A DNA stretch of 63,281 nucleotides, the filler included, from Lenisia limosa (Eukaryota > Protista > Breviatea), in NCBI GenBank assembly GCA_001655205.1. It is 16 parts of 16 records of this genome, joined end to end, with 100 filler letters (N's around TTAATTAATTAA, not from the genome) between each part and the next. Parts side by side here need not be neighbours in the genome. Positions count along the whole stretch, not along the records: positions 1 to 7,951 come from LPNZ01002578.1; positions 8,052 to 12,019 come from LPNZ01010395.1; 14 more parts are not named here. The stretch is one strand, 5' to 3'. The notes below the pieces were generated by a model. It had not been told where the DNA came from, searched no databases, and worked only from the letters and a program-made list of their open reading frames with translations. A program made the translations under genes and the position numbers. Position 1 is the stretch's first letter; each line of letters opens with the position of its first letter. Below, piece after piece: positions 1-11,100 of the stretch.

Positions 1-55
1 TTTCAAAAAAATCACAGATAAAGGAAAATTCACAGATATATGGACGGTGTGATAT
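1..55 (+). repeat. Intronic repeat, perfect inverted copy of 2881-2935
   Basis: TTTCAAAAAAATCACAGATAAAGGAAAATTCACAGATATATGGACGGTGTGATAT is the exact reverse complement of 2881-2935; it is cut off by the window edge. Confidence 0.95.
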
Positions 56-125
56 ATAGTATAGATATAATTATCTTATAATATAGTATATTATACGATA
101 GCTAAACTGATCCCCAAAAACTCAC

Positions 126-2781
126 ATCAGTCATTGGAGCATCCATAATCTCAGGTTGGGCTGTAAAGTAAACAACAAGGCAGATACTTTCACACACCTG
201 ATGGGGCCATTGTTCGTATTTCAACGGGGTGCATAAATTGCACGTACTGGGAAAGTGAAAAGGAACTACAACGAGGCATTATCCTCAATATGGTATCTCA
301 GCTAACCAATCCAGGTGCAACTCTTCCAGTTCGGCCTTTTCTTTGGATAGACTCATCCTTACAAATATAACGCTGCTTTGTTAGACAAGGTCAAAAATCC
401 CAAATCGCAATCTAATAACGCAAAACTCACGTTCTTGAGAAGCGGGGATTTTGTTGCTGGGTCCCAGATCATAGACTTTCTGATACAAGTGTCAACAACA
501 ACGTCAAGGTTTGGGATGGTGATACTGGATTCGGCAATGTTTGTGGCAAGAATGATCTAAAGAAGTGAAACAATTTTGTACTGATTTTGATGGTGATAAA
601 CAACATAGTAGTTAATAGTACACCAGGATACCATTTGCTTGTTTGGAAATCGTGTTACCATATTTTGCGCTTGTTCTTGGACTGGGAAAGAAGAATGCAT
701 CACAGTGATCTAAACAATGTTAGTCACCTTGAAAAAAAAAATCCTCTTACATCTTGAGCCGAGTTCTGAGCTGCAACTCTGTCCCATATTTCATAGATCG
801 AGCCGAGACCAGGAAGGAAGACAAGGATGTTACGTACGTTTTTATTCCCACTCAGACCGCTGAGGGATAATGGTAGGAGAGCAATAAGAGACAGTTAATG
901 ACCAGATAGCATACCGCAGATAGCTGGCCAAGGCCGCAAGGCGTGGGTAATCCAAACGGGGTTCTTTGAATTCGGGGACCGAATATGCCTGTTTCGTAAA
1001 AATGAGGTCAGAATGAAATAATGACTCCATGCAATATTGTCAGAAGCCCCAACCTCTTCTTGCAGATAGCCACCTTTTCGGATTACATTTTTGACATCCC
1101 AATCAGTTATACATTGAGTTTTAATAGGGAATTTTGAAGGAGAGCGAATATTGTAGACGTCTGAGCCTTTGAAACATCTACATTGGGTTTATTTCTCAAA
1201 TAATAGGTCACTGTTTGAAACATAACGACCCAAAGAACACAAATTCCCGACTTACTGTTGGAGATCACGAGCGTTGCAAGTTGCACTCATCAAAATCACC
1301 CTGGAAAAATGTAACTTGGAAAACCAAAGGGGAAAAGATTAAGTAGTGGGGCGTACTTAAACTGAAGCAGGCCCTCGGCTAAAATTTTGTTGAGAAGGGT
1401 CATAATAAGGTCAGTATCAATCTACAACATCAGCGGAAGGCTGAAACAGTTGAAGTAAAAAAGGACAACGGAAGTACCTGGCGTTCATGGACTTCGTCAA
1501 TAATGATGTACTGGTACCGCTGAAGATTGTTGGTTTTTCCATGTAAGAGGTACTCTCTCAGGATACCTGGAAAATAATTGGGTAGGCCAGTTCGACAAAA
1601 TCGGGAATTTGATAAATTAAGTTAAGTACTTCACGATTCAACAGAGAAATAGACAAGTATTGTTTCATACCATGAGTAACAGCTACAATGTTGCAATCAG
1701 AGGAAACCTCCTTGTGTCCTCCAATTTGATATCCAACTTTCATACCAATGTGAGTTCCTCGTTCCTGTAAAATGAGTACAATTCGATTGACCTTAATTGT
1801 GTTGCTCAATTGTTCTTACCTCAGCAATTCTCTCAGCCACTTTAATCGCAGCAATCCGTCGAGGTTGACTGATCAAGACATTAGCGCACTCATCGGGATT
1901 TTGATCGCAGAGGTACTGCGGTACTAACGCTGTAACAATACTGTACTGATTGGTTGTTTTAAAGGTCAAAATAAACCAATCCACTCACATTGTGTACTTT
2001 TACCACATCCCGTTGGTCCAGTAACAATAGTGATCTAAATTATGAGAAACAAACCCAACTGTACTGAGGACACAGGCCTACACTATTGGAACCAATTGTT
2101 CTTAAAATCTCATCCTTTTCGTGCTGTACGTGTTACGCTATGGATAATGGGCTACATACAAATATAGGAAGGGCTTTTGACAATGTGAGGAATTTTTTCA
2201 CACGAAGTTGATCAAATACTACAATTATCAACAACTGCTAAACAGAAAGAATGAGGAAATGCAAAACAGGCTTAACCCTCTCACTTTCGCGTTGAATCAC
2301 TCTAGAAAGTTTCATTTTTTTCAATGAGTTAATTGTGACCTCTTCTTTGACACATTCGCGAATGATTGCGATATCTTTTAGGGAGAACTTTGCCTGTTCT
2401 AAAAAAGCATGAGGTAGTCACCCTCCACCTTACTCCAATTTTCAACCGAGACAACGTTATTCTCATTTGTTTTAATTATCCAGGAATTCTTGTTGAAGAA
2501 GACTGGTTTTTCGATTAACTGCATAGGGTTGACTGTGATAACGACGATCATGTGATTGATACTAGAGAGATCATAAATATTGGAAAATAGCAAACCTGAC
2601 AGATGGGACGCTTCTCCATTTGAGCTGCAAAATCAGAAAAGTCTTATGTTGTTTGGGGTGGGGTGAAAGGCGAGACTCCTGCAAACCGATTGTTGAAGAT
2701 TCATTTGCGGCTTTTGTGACTGTCCAGCCTCCCTAATAACTTTTTCAATATCAAACATCAGCGGGGTGTCGACAGGTATTC
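126..2781 (-). CDS. DEAH/RHA-family RNA helicase, TDRD9/spindle-E-like (multi-exon, partial; continues past position 1, 5' end possibly near 3306)
   Basis: Spliced translation gives motif I IVTGPTGCGKSTQLPQYL (exons 1989-2034, 1820-1923), Ia QPRRIAA, VGYQIGG, VTHGILREYL, motif II YIIIDEVHER, V IILATNIAESSITIP, VI QRKGRTGRVAPG and QPEIMDAP. Splice sites are GT-AG and the phases I checked are consistent. Confidence 0.9.
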
Positions 2782-2880
2782 CTAAAAAAAATTGTGATGA
2801 CAAAGTTATGATTGATATATACTATATATATCATATACTAGTATATACATTTATATAGTACTATATATCATATATAATAC

Positions 2881-2935
2881 ATATCACACCGTCCATATAT
2901 CTGTGAATTTTCCTTTATCTGTGATTTTTTTGAAA
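2881..2935 (-). repeat. Intronic repeat, perfect inverted copy of 1-55
   Basis: 55/55 reverse-complement match to 1-55; lies just upstream of the helicase acceptor at 2782-2783. Confidence 0.95.
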
Positions 2936-3592
2936 TTTACGGAAAATTTTGCTAAAAATATGGCATAAAACTAAGAGAATTGTCATAACACTCTTGTTGC
3001 TAACAAAAATGACAATAACTTTTATTTGACAACATTTTTATTTTGGCGAGATTGCTGCTGATTTGTCTAGAGTATGTTAAATGTAAAATAGATATCAATT
3101 ATATCGTCATAAAAATGGGTTAAACCTTTGTCTACTGTCGTACATGTTCTTTTGCTTGTTTTTAATTGAAGTAAATTCTGAAGATGATCCTCNNNNNNNN
3201 NNNNNNNNNNNNNNNNNNNNNNNNNNNNNNNNNNNNNNNNNNNNNNNNNNNNNNNNNNNNNNNNNCAGGTCTTCAAGGTTTCAAATGGGGAAAGATGGAT
3301 TCCCATTTACAAGGCCTTGCAGGAAAATCGGTTAACAATAATACATCCCCCTCCAAATCAAATAACTAGGCCTTCCCTACGGTCCCTAAAAATACTAAAT
3401 TTCTCGATAAATTCTCGATAAATATCGATATTTTGACGGTATATCATATAATACCCCCCCCCCACGGATCATTTCAGCCACGGCGGCNNNNNNNNNNCAT
3501 ATATTATATCATACATAAAGAATATTTTCGTTAGTTATTCTATTATGTTGTTTCAAGTTTACAAGTAATATCAGGCCCGAAGAGAAAAATAC

Positions 3593-4072
3593 ACTCGGAT
3601 TGGAAATCATTTTACTCTGAAAGTAAAGGCCGAGGAGGGTCATTTTGATTAATTTCATATTTACGCTCATTTCAGTCAAAATGGAAGAAGTCACCCACAA
3701 ACCAATAACAGCACCAGTCTCATCAAAACCTCCATAATAAACAAGGACTTTTTCCTTATGAAGATTGGCTTGGTTTTGGGCAGCATTGAGGTGCTTTCTC
3801 ATTCGGTATTTGAGGTGAGCCAGCATGTCACTGAGAGTTTGACTGAACTCATTTGATGAGTTTTCCTGCAAAGTCATGGGAAAGAGGGTGATAAGGCATA
3901 CAAGGACAAGGGTGGTGGCATCTTGCTTGACATGAGTATGTTCAAAGTGAATGGGAAGGCTAGCTCGGGCTTGATCCAACATTGCAGCAACATTGACTCG
4001 TAACTGTTTTCTTCCCTGAAGCAATTTCTCCCCCCAACAGCTTTCTTCTAAAGTTATTGAGTTATACTGAGG
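3593..4072 (-). CDS. Large exon of uncertain affiliation (possible degenerate second cyclase domain of the upstream gene)
   Basis: About 160 open codons after the acceptor tctcttAG (PQYNSITLEESCWGEKLL...KVLVYYGGFDETGAVIGLW...). Same strand as, and lying between, the cyclase and helicase exons. Confidence 0.5.
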
Positions 4073-4200
4073 CTAAGAGACGGAGAGAGGCTGGATTGCT
4101 GGATTGGTGCCTGATTGGTGCTGGATTCTTGGAGATTTTATAGAAAATAAACATGGGGGTACCTCTCTCACCTCCAACAGCCCCCCCCCCNNNNNNNNNN

Positions 4201-6607
4201 TCCGGCAGATACCACGACTGGTCCGGCCAAAAGATGCTCGTGTCTGAGGAGAAAAATGAGTAATAATTGGGTGTCTGTGGGAGGGGGGGGGGGTGAAAGT
4301 CAGTCTATATGATATGATATACTAATATGTAATTACATGTAATTACACCCCCCACACCTAGCACTATTGCCAACAATCATTTCGAAGCCATTGCCAAATT
4401 CGACTCCAATGTGAACTCGAAGGCTGCAAAGGTCATTCATTTCGTTTCAGAAAGTTAAAAACCCCTGCAGTAAAGTCTCTATTGAAACTAGGATAAAACC
4501 GTCAATATTTATCGAAGATTTATCGAAAAATTCAGTCTATTTTGGGACTAGGAAGATTCATCTATTGGCAAAAAATGACCACCTTTTGGCAACTTTCTCA
4601 GTTAAAAAGTTCGACGACTTCCCCCAGGTCAGTTTAATTAGCCTACCTTACGCCCGCCTCCGGAGCGACCTGGTCACATTGTCCGAGGAGGGCTTTGCAG
4701 GCTCGGATGGACTGGATCGTCAGATCATATAGATCATAATATTAAATGGTAACGAGGATGGACAATAGCTTCAGATCATATCAATGATAGTTTAAGAAAG
4801 GATTTCGGCCTACATCTGTAACTGCTTCTTTCTCAGTGTAATCGTCTGTAACTTTCCATGCCACCTAATAGGGTAAATAATATACTGAAGAAAAAAAAAA
4901 ATAAGGTTGTATCTGNNNNNNNNNNNNNNNNNNNNNNNNNNNNNNNNNNNNNNNNNNNNNNNNNNNNNNNNNNNNNNNNNNNNNNNNNNNNNNCATTTCA
5001 AAATACTGTTTCAGTAAAAGGTCATTGGAACCTACTGAAATGAAGAACACAGAAACAAAACACAATAAAAAGAAAGAAGTGTACCCGCCTACGATGAGCG
5101 CGTCACCAGCGAACTTAATGACTTCGCCCTTGTTGCTGTGCATAATGTCAATCATATCTCCGAAGTACTTTGACAGGACACGAGGCCACCTGCTCCAATA
5201 AATACATATCATACTACATATCATATGATATAGAGAGATGAGAAATAACAAGGTATCTGGTACAACGCTTAAAAGGCACCTAAATTGAAACATTAAGCAT
5301 CAAGTCTATATAAAACCAGGGCTAACTTTGCCCATTTTGCCCATGAGTTCATCGCCTCGAGGATCGGCGTGAAACCGGTAACGTCAACCATCAACACGGC
5401 GCCGCGCCAGTCGTCTGCAACGAGTCAGAAAAAGTTCAACCTGGAGTACACAACACAACATGGGGGATATCCATCATATTGTGTGATGATATTGAGTGTC
5501 ACGAAAGTATGTAAAAAAAAACCATATCTGACTCGAATAGAAAAAGTATGACGAAACTGATACTTTGTGTAATAAAGGCAATTATTGCAATGAGAGAAAA
5601 AATTTCACAAAATACATAGAAACAAACAAAATACAATTTAAATAACAAAGATGACAAACACTGTGTCTTCATCCTCATTATACCTAGGGTTTCACTTCGG
5701 TTCGACAAACAATCGATATTTTCCCGAACCGAAGTGAAGCACAAATTATACCCCCCCCCCCCCTTTNNNNNNNNNNNNNNNNNNNNNNNNNNNNNNNNNN
5801 NNNNNNNNNNNNNNNNNNNNNNNNNNNNNNNNNNNNNNNNNNNAAACAATATCTTTGATGTATCTCAATTTCCACAATGAGTAATATGGATGAAGAATTA
5901 GTAATAAGAGAGATGACGAAGAAACCAATTGAAAATTAACTAACTGCTAACTAATTGGCCATGTAACTTTGTTATGCCACCCCATTTTTTGACAAAGAGT
6001 GCCGCCAGGTGGCAGGATAATGACCGTCGGGATTTTTCTAGAACAACCCTTATCGACACTCACAACCCTGCGTCAACGCTGATCCCCTCATTTCCTCAAC
6101 CCCCCAATAAAACAGGCCAACAACAGAGCGATAGTATACGATGCCCTTGCTCGCTTCCTCCTCCCATCCGTATATATCATATGATCATCAGGCTGGGAGA
6201 AGGAAACTCACCTGTCCGGGGGCCAATCGCCTTGTTTTTGGAAGATTCAATCAGAGAATCAGCAATGAAGGTTAGCAGGACTAGAAGGGTGAGGAAAATG
6301 AACAGATGTCCACGTCCAACTTTCCTGGCGGGAGAGAATCTCAGCTGACGCGACATTTCCAATAAGCTTCGTTAGATTACCGTCTATGAAATGTCAAAGC
6401 AAGTCCATTGATGAGATATCCTTTACCTTGCGCTTCCTTGGTCCGTTTGTCTGCTTCACTGTCATCATTAGAGGAGTTCCTCTCGTTTTCTGTCTCTTCA
6501 ACAGGGTTTTCCGCCACGGTTTGCAAAGGTTCTTCTCGGGCCTGCGGTCTTTCGGTCGGCTCTTGAATATCGGTGGCCTTTTTGGAACGAGAACAGGCTC
6601 CACCCAT
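4201..6607 (-). CDS. Soluble adenylyl cyclase (ADCY10)-like class III nucleotide cyclase with N-terminal MGxxCS acylation motif (multi-exon, partial)
   Basis: The ATG at 6607 begins MGGACS. Spliced exons read LLTFIADSLI, GPRTDDWRGAVLMVDVTGFT, VLSKYFGDMIDIMHSNKGEVIKFAGDALI, VAWKV, SIRACKALL and LRVHIGVEFGNGFEMIVGNSARHEHLLAGPVV. These are colinear with the sAC C1 domain, and both metal-binding Asp are present. Confidence 0.85.
5685..5744. mobile_element. hAT-type MITE family B, 60-bp internally deleted copy
   Basis: TAGGGTTTCACTTCGGTTCG...CGAACCGAAGTGAAGCACAA, flanked by the perfect 8-bp duplication ATTATACC (5677-5684 / 5745-5752). Confidence 0.85.
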
Positions 6608-6950
6608 TGTGAAATTCCTTTAGCAGAGCAGATAGGACTTGAGTGAAATAACAGCTCCAAACCACTCTCTATTAGCGACTACACTTTACTTTATAGTTGA
6701 AATACAAACTGCCGTACTACTTTACTGCGTATTTCTTTATTTCTCTCAAATTTCTCTCACGTTCCGTTTTTTCTTGTAAAGGTTTCTGATCATATAGATC
6801 ATTTATAAAAAGAGGCAAAAAAACAAAAAGGCACAAAACTAAAACAGCAGCACTAGATTGTTTGTAATTTATTTTTTTGAACATTTCTATTCACCTTTTT
6901 TAATTTGAAGCAAGTTGTGTGACTGATTGTCTTTCCATTTCTCTGACACC
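6608..6950. promoter_or_regulatory. Putative bidirectional promoter region
   Basis: 343-bp AT-rich gap between divergent ATGs (6607 minus, 6951 plus). No specific motif identified. Confidence 0.45.
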
Positions 6951-7150
6951 ATGGAAGACACGGACATCACTAAGGTCGTTTTGGTTTCCCATATCTCGCC
7001 ACAAGCCACTGTCGACGCCGTTTCGAACTTCTTCGTCTTCTGCGGCCCTATCCGCACCATCAAGCTCAATGGCGATCCTACTGTTGATGAGTATCTCAGC
7101 GCCGTGATTGAGTTCCAGAAGGCTGAGTCAGCAGAAACGGCTCTTTTGCT
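6951..7150 (+). CDS. RRM protein, Vip1/BPA1-like (first exon only)
   Basis: MEDTDITKVVLVSHISPQATVDAVSNFFVFCGPIRTIKL...SAVIEFQKAESAETALLL, then donor GTATGT; fits the RRM pattern ending in AETALLL. Confidence 0.8.
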
Positions 7151-7330
7151 GTATGTGGGCCGGACCAGAATTTTGCCGAGTTCCATTTGGTCTTTGGAGG
7201 GATCTTGCCGAAATAGATTTCAATCATTTCCCACACGTTGGATTGGGATTCACTCTTCTTTTCGAGGAACTATGGCTTGTTTTTTGATGTTTAAAGAGCA
7301 CACTCGAGTTTGGTATGGATATCGATGCAT

Positions 7331-7429
7331 TATTGCTGCCATTGGCTGGGTATCTATGGCTTTCTTTATTGCTGCCATTGGCTGGGTATCTATGGCTTTC
7401 TTTATTGCCGCCATTGGCTGGGTATTTAC
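7331..7429. repeat. 36-bp tandem repeat, about 2.7 copies
   Basis: Unit TATTGCTGCCATTGGCTGGGTATCTATGGCTTTCTT at 7331 and 7367, partial copy at 7403; intronic. Confidence 0.9.
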
Positions 7430-7951
7430 AAGGACTTTATGCAATTAATTAAAATATTATATACTAATTATGAAGTGGTGCATATGAATGAGAGCATTCA
7501 GGCGCTTGAATTTCACACTCTGTTCATCTCTATTTATTTATTTTTCAAAATGAACGGAGCCATTCTTTATTTGTTTTCCGTTTCAGACATAAACGCGATG
7601 GTGGACACGACTTCGGCCAGATACTCTCCCTTTTTCTTACCTTTTTTTGTTTATTTTATTTTTCTCGTGATTATAGGGTTGACTAATATGAACCCGGTTT
7701 TAGTGTATCAGCACAAACTAATTTGGCTTTATGATGGGCCATCATTAATTTGCTTTATTTTGGGCCGTGCCGCAGAAGCGGGTGGCCTGGGCTTTGTTTG
7801 TTTTGTTGTTCTCAACCCTAAATTTTTTATTTTTTACGTATGCTGGAGCGACCTGTCTGGGCTTTGTTTGCTTTGTTATTTGTTACGCGCTAGCCAACAG
7901 AGTTGATTGTGAGCTTTTTTTGTTTGTTTGTTTCATAAAGTATCCAATTTT

Positions 7952-8051
7952 NNNNNNNNNNNNNNNNNNNNNNNNNNNNNNNNNNNNNNNNNNNNTTAAT
8001 TAATTAANNNNNNNNNNNNNNNNNNNNNNNNNNNNNNNNNNNNNNNNNNNN
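7952..8051. other. Artificial scaffold-joining linker (first of 15)
   Basis: 44 N + TTAATTAATTAA + 44 N = 100 nt. Same linker at 12020-12119, 16642-16741, 25706-25805, 28706-28805, 33572-33671, 35942-36041, 39128-39227, 41588-41687, 43723-43822, 45361-45460, 47626-47725, 50435-50534, 55511-55610, 58361-58460. TTAATTAATTAA puts stops in all six frames. Confidence 0.97.
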
Positions 8052-8141
8052 GTCACATTATAGAACCAGCAGAGTTGATTTGGGCTTTTTTTGTTTCATA
8101 AATTTTCCAAATTTACCCCCCTCCCCCAATTCACAACCCAG

Positions 8142-11100
8142 ACATTCTGGGCACAAGCCTCCTGCCCGAAGAAGTAGGCCGCCTACTTAACTGCAGCGAC
8201 GGGAACCTGGACGCGCAGTTCTTCGAAATGGCGTCGGCCGTCAGTATTCGGGTGGGGGGTATATAAGGCTTCAAAAAGACTGGTCAACTATCGATATTTA
8301 TCGAGGATTTATCATGTCTAGGATTTATCGAGAAATTCCATTCACCCGCCCCCACTTCCCCGCTCATACCCAATATTCACCGCATCAGGTCGACATTGTC
8401 AGCGGCCGTATTCCTGCAATGCACGCATCCCTGCTGTACCATCTTTGCGTGGTGTTCAATGCCATTGCCGCGTCTCACAGCCTGTGGGTTATGATCTTGT
8501 TGATTGTTTTTTTTGTTGTTGTTTTTTTAAGCTTATTTTTTTTCATTACGCCCATTATCATATGTACATATCATATATGATCTATCAAAATCACCATTAT
8601 AGTCCTTCGTTTCACTCCCTCAGAACCAAAGCCGAGCTAATGGGTTCGTCACACCTCTTCATCTCAGGGTGCCCCAGACCTGCAGCCCTCCACGCACTCA
8701 ATGCCGCCAATATGGCCGTCGAGGTCGTCGCATACACCAATCACTACGTGGGGGAGCTTTTGGGGATTTATCAGAGGTTTATTGTGTATTTTTCAGGGGT
8801 GTATCGATAAATTCACATTCGTTTTGTGTGAGGGTAGCAATTTTACCACTTTTCCTCTATGATTAACGCCACCTTCTAAATCCTCCTGTAATTTTCGGTC
8901 ATAAAAAAACCTTTAAAGCGGATTATAGTTCCAAAACCTGGCTCGGTCGAAGGACAAAAAGAACCGTAAACTTGTGTGATTTAAAAAGTGAAATAAGAGA
9001 ACAACACTTAATATTTTCATAATGACCAAAATCTGAGTTAAATTCCAGTAAAAAGTAGCAAAAAGATGACCTCACCGAAAGTTTATGTTCGGATATCCGT
9101 GACAATTGTCTCGAACCTCCTGTAATTTACGGTTGTAGAAACACCTCTGGCCGAGCCACCAATTTGACATACGTGTGGGGGTAGCCACAGGCCCCGTGAT
9201 TGCTGGACTGATTACGCATTCTTCTGTTGGGGGGGGGGGGNNNNNNNNNNNNNNNNNNNNNNNNNNNNNNNNNNNNNNNNNNNNNNNNNNNNNNNNNNNN
9301 NNNNNNNNNNTACAACATGAATGCTTGCCTTATATGTAAATCACTTGCTTTATCTGTAACCTACTTGCCTTATTTAACTCCTACTTGCCTTATTTGTAAC
9401 AACGACTTGCCTTATTTAGCAACTAGTAGCTTTCCTTTTCTGTAACCTACTTGCCTTATTTATAACACCCCATGAACACTTGCCTTATTTGGAACACCCC
9501 CATGATCACTTGCCTTATTAGTAACGCCACCAGGTCCGGTGGCACGTTACCGGCGAGGCTGTACTCCACAGTCGGATCGCAGCGGACCAAGCCGCACCTT
9601 CTTCCGTCGCCGTGGGGGGGGGGATGCTCAAAATCTCCTACAATCACAAATATTACCTGGAGTGGTGCTACAGAATCGACTGGCCTGGTGTTTGTATTGT
9701 TGTCTTTTACCATTGTGTGTTTCTAACCAACAGAGTTGATTTGGGCTTTTTGTTTCATAATTTTCCGATATTCACCTCCGCCCCCCAGATTACGGAGTCC
9801 GTCGTTTCAGCCCTCTCAGCCGCGCCGGGATTAGTTTTAGCCGCAATCAACACCCAAAAAACCGAGCCGGGAATGTCACCCCATATGGCGTCGCCCGCAT
9901 CCTCCATCGGACGAAATATGTTCATGCTGTATGCAGGGTGCCCCTCAATGCATCCTTGATAAATCCTCAATAGAATGCCCCCCGAGGTATCCTTGAAAAA
10001 TCCTCAATAGAATCCTTGATTACTCTTATTAGCATGATTGTGTGGACGGCTTCGGCAAGATGCAACCTTGTTTTTTTTTTGTTTTTATCACAAATTAGTC
10101 GTATCATGTATATTAATACTGCATAAGATATATATGTACATATCATATTCAGATATATAGCTATGTACATATCATATCCAGTCTTGGTATTTTTTATATA
10201 TGCATATCGTATATTGTTTCAGACAATCGCTGCATAACCCCCCTCCCTTATTTTTATTGTTCCTTACACTCTGTAGACCAGAAGACCATATAAATGCGCT
10301 CAGAGGAGGCGGGACCGTCGATGTTGCTGGCAGTTTGATGTCAATTACCATGTGGGAAGGAGGACGTATCATCATAAATTACATCAATAATACTATTTTA
10401 GATTATCATCATCATCACTATCATTTATAATATCAATAATACTATTTTCATAAGATTTTATCATCATCATAAGCAAAAATAATCATCATCACTAAGATTA
10501 TTATTATTATTAGTAGTAGTAGTAGTAGTATTATTAGTATTAGTATTATTATTAGTATTATTATTATCAGCATCATCATAAACAACATCATCATCACCAT
10601 CAAGGCTATCCCTCGTGTCGACATCATCGTCGTCATACATACACCCATCACCGTCAATGAGTCTCGCTACCCCCCACGCCTCCGTATCTGCAACACCCTT
10701 GAGCAATACTCCTCTTCTGTCCCCTCAATACCAGGTAAGCCCACTATATTAAATTTTTCATCTAAATTTCTTTCGTTTACTGTACGCTGGGATGCAGTGC
10801 TGCAGAAGCGTTTGGCTTGAGCTTTGTTTGTTTTGTTGTTATCAACCCTCGTGTGATGTCAGCTAACAGAGTTGATTTGGGTTTTTTGTTTCATAAATTT
10901 CCAATTTTACCTTCCTAGTCAGCTGGAGTGCCCTTTTCTCTTGGCTCACCCTATACTTCCGCTACACAGGTGGGGGGTTCGCTCGAGGATCCTATCCCTT
11001 CCTAGGCATTCACTCCGGTCCGAAAAAGACCGGTAAAATATCGATAGTTTTCAGGGATATATCGAGAAATTCCGTCTTATTTTTGAACCAAAGTGAAGAC

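Noticed and set aside
7996-8007. Palindromic TTAATTAATTAA recurring 15 times
   Set aside because: Always centred in exactly 44+44 N: an assembly concatenation linker, not biology. Gene neighbourhoods across linkers were therefore not interpreted.
9322-9525. Regularly spaced ACTTGCCTTATTT motifs as a CRISPR or iteron array
   Set aside because: Core only 13 bp, spacers 7-14 bp and mutually similar: a degenerate minisatellite.
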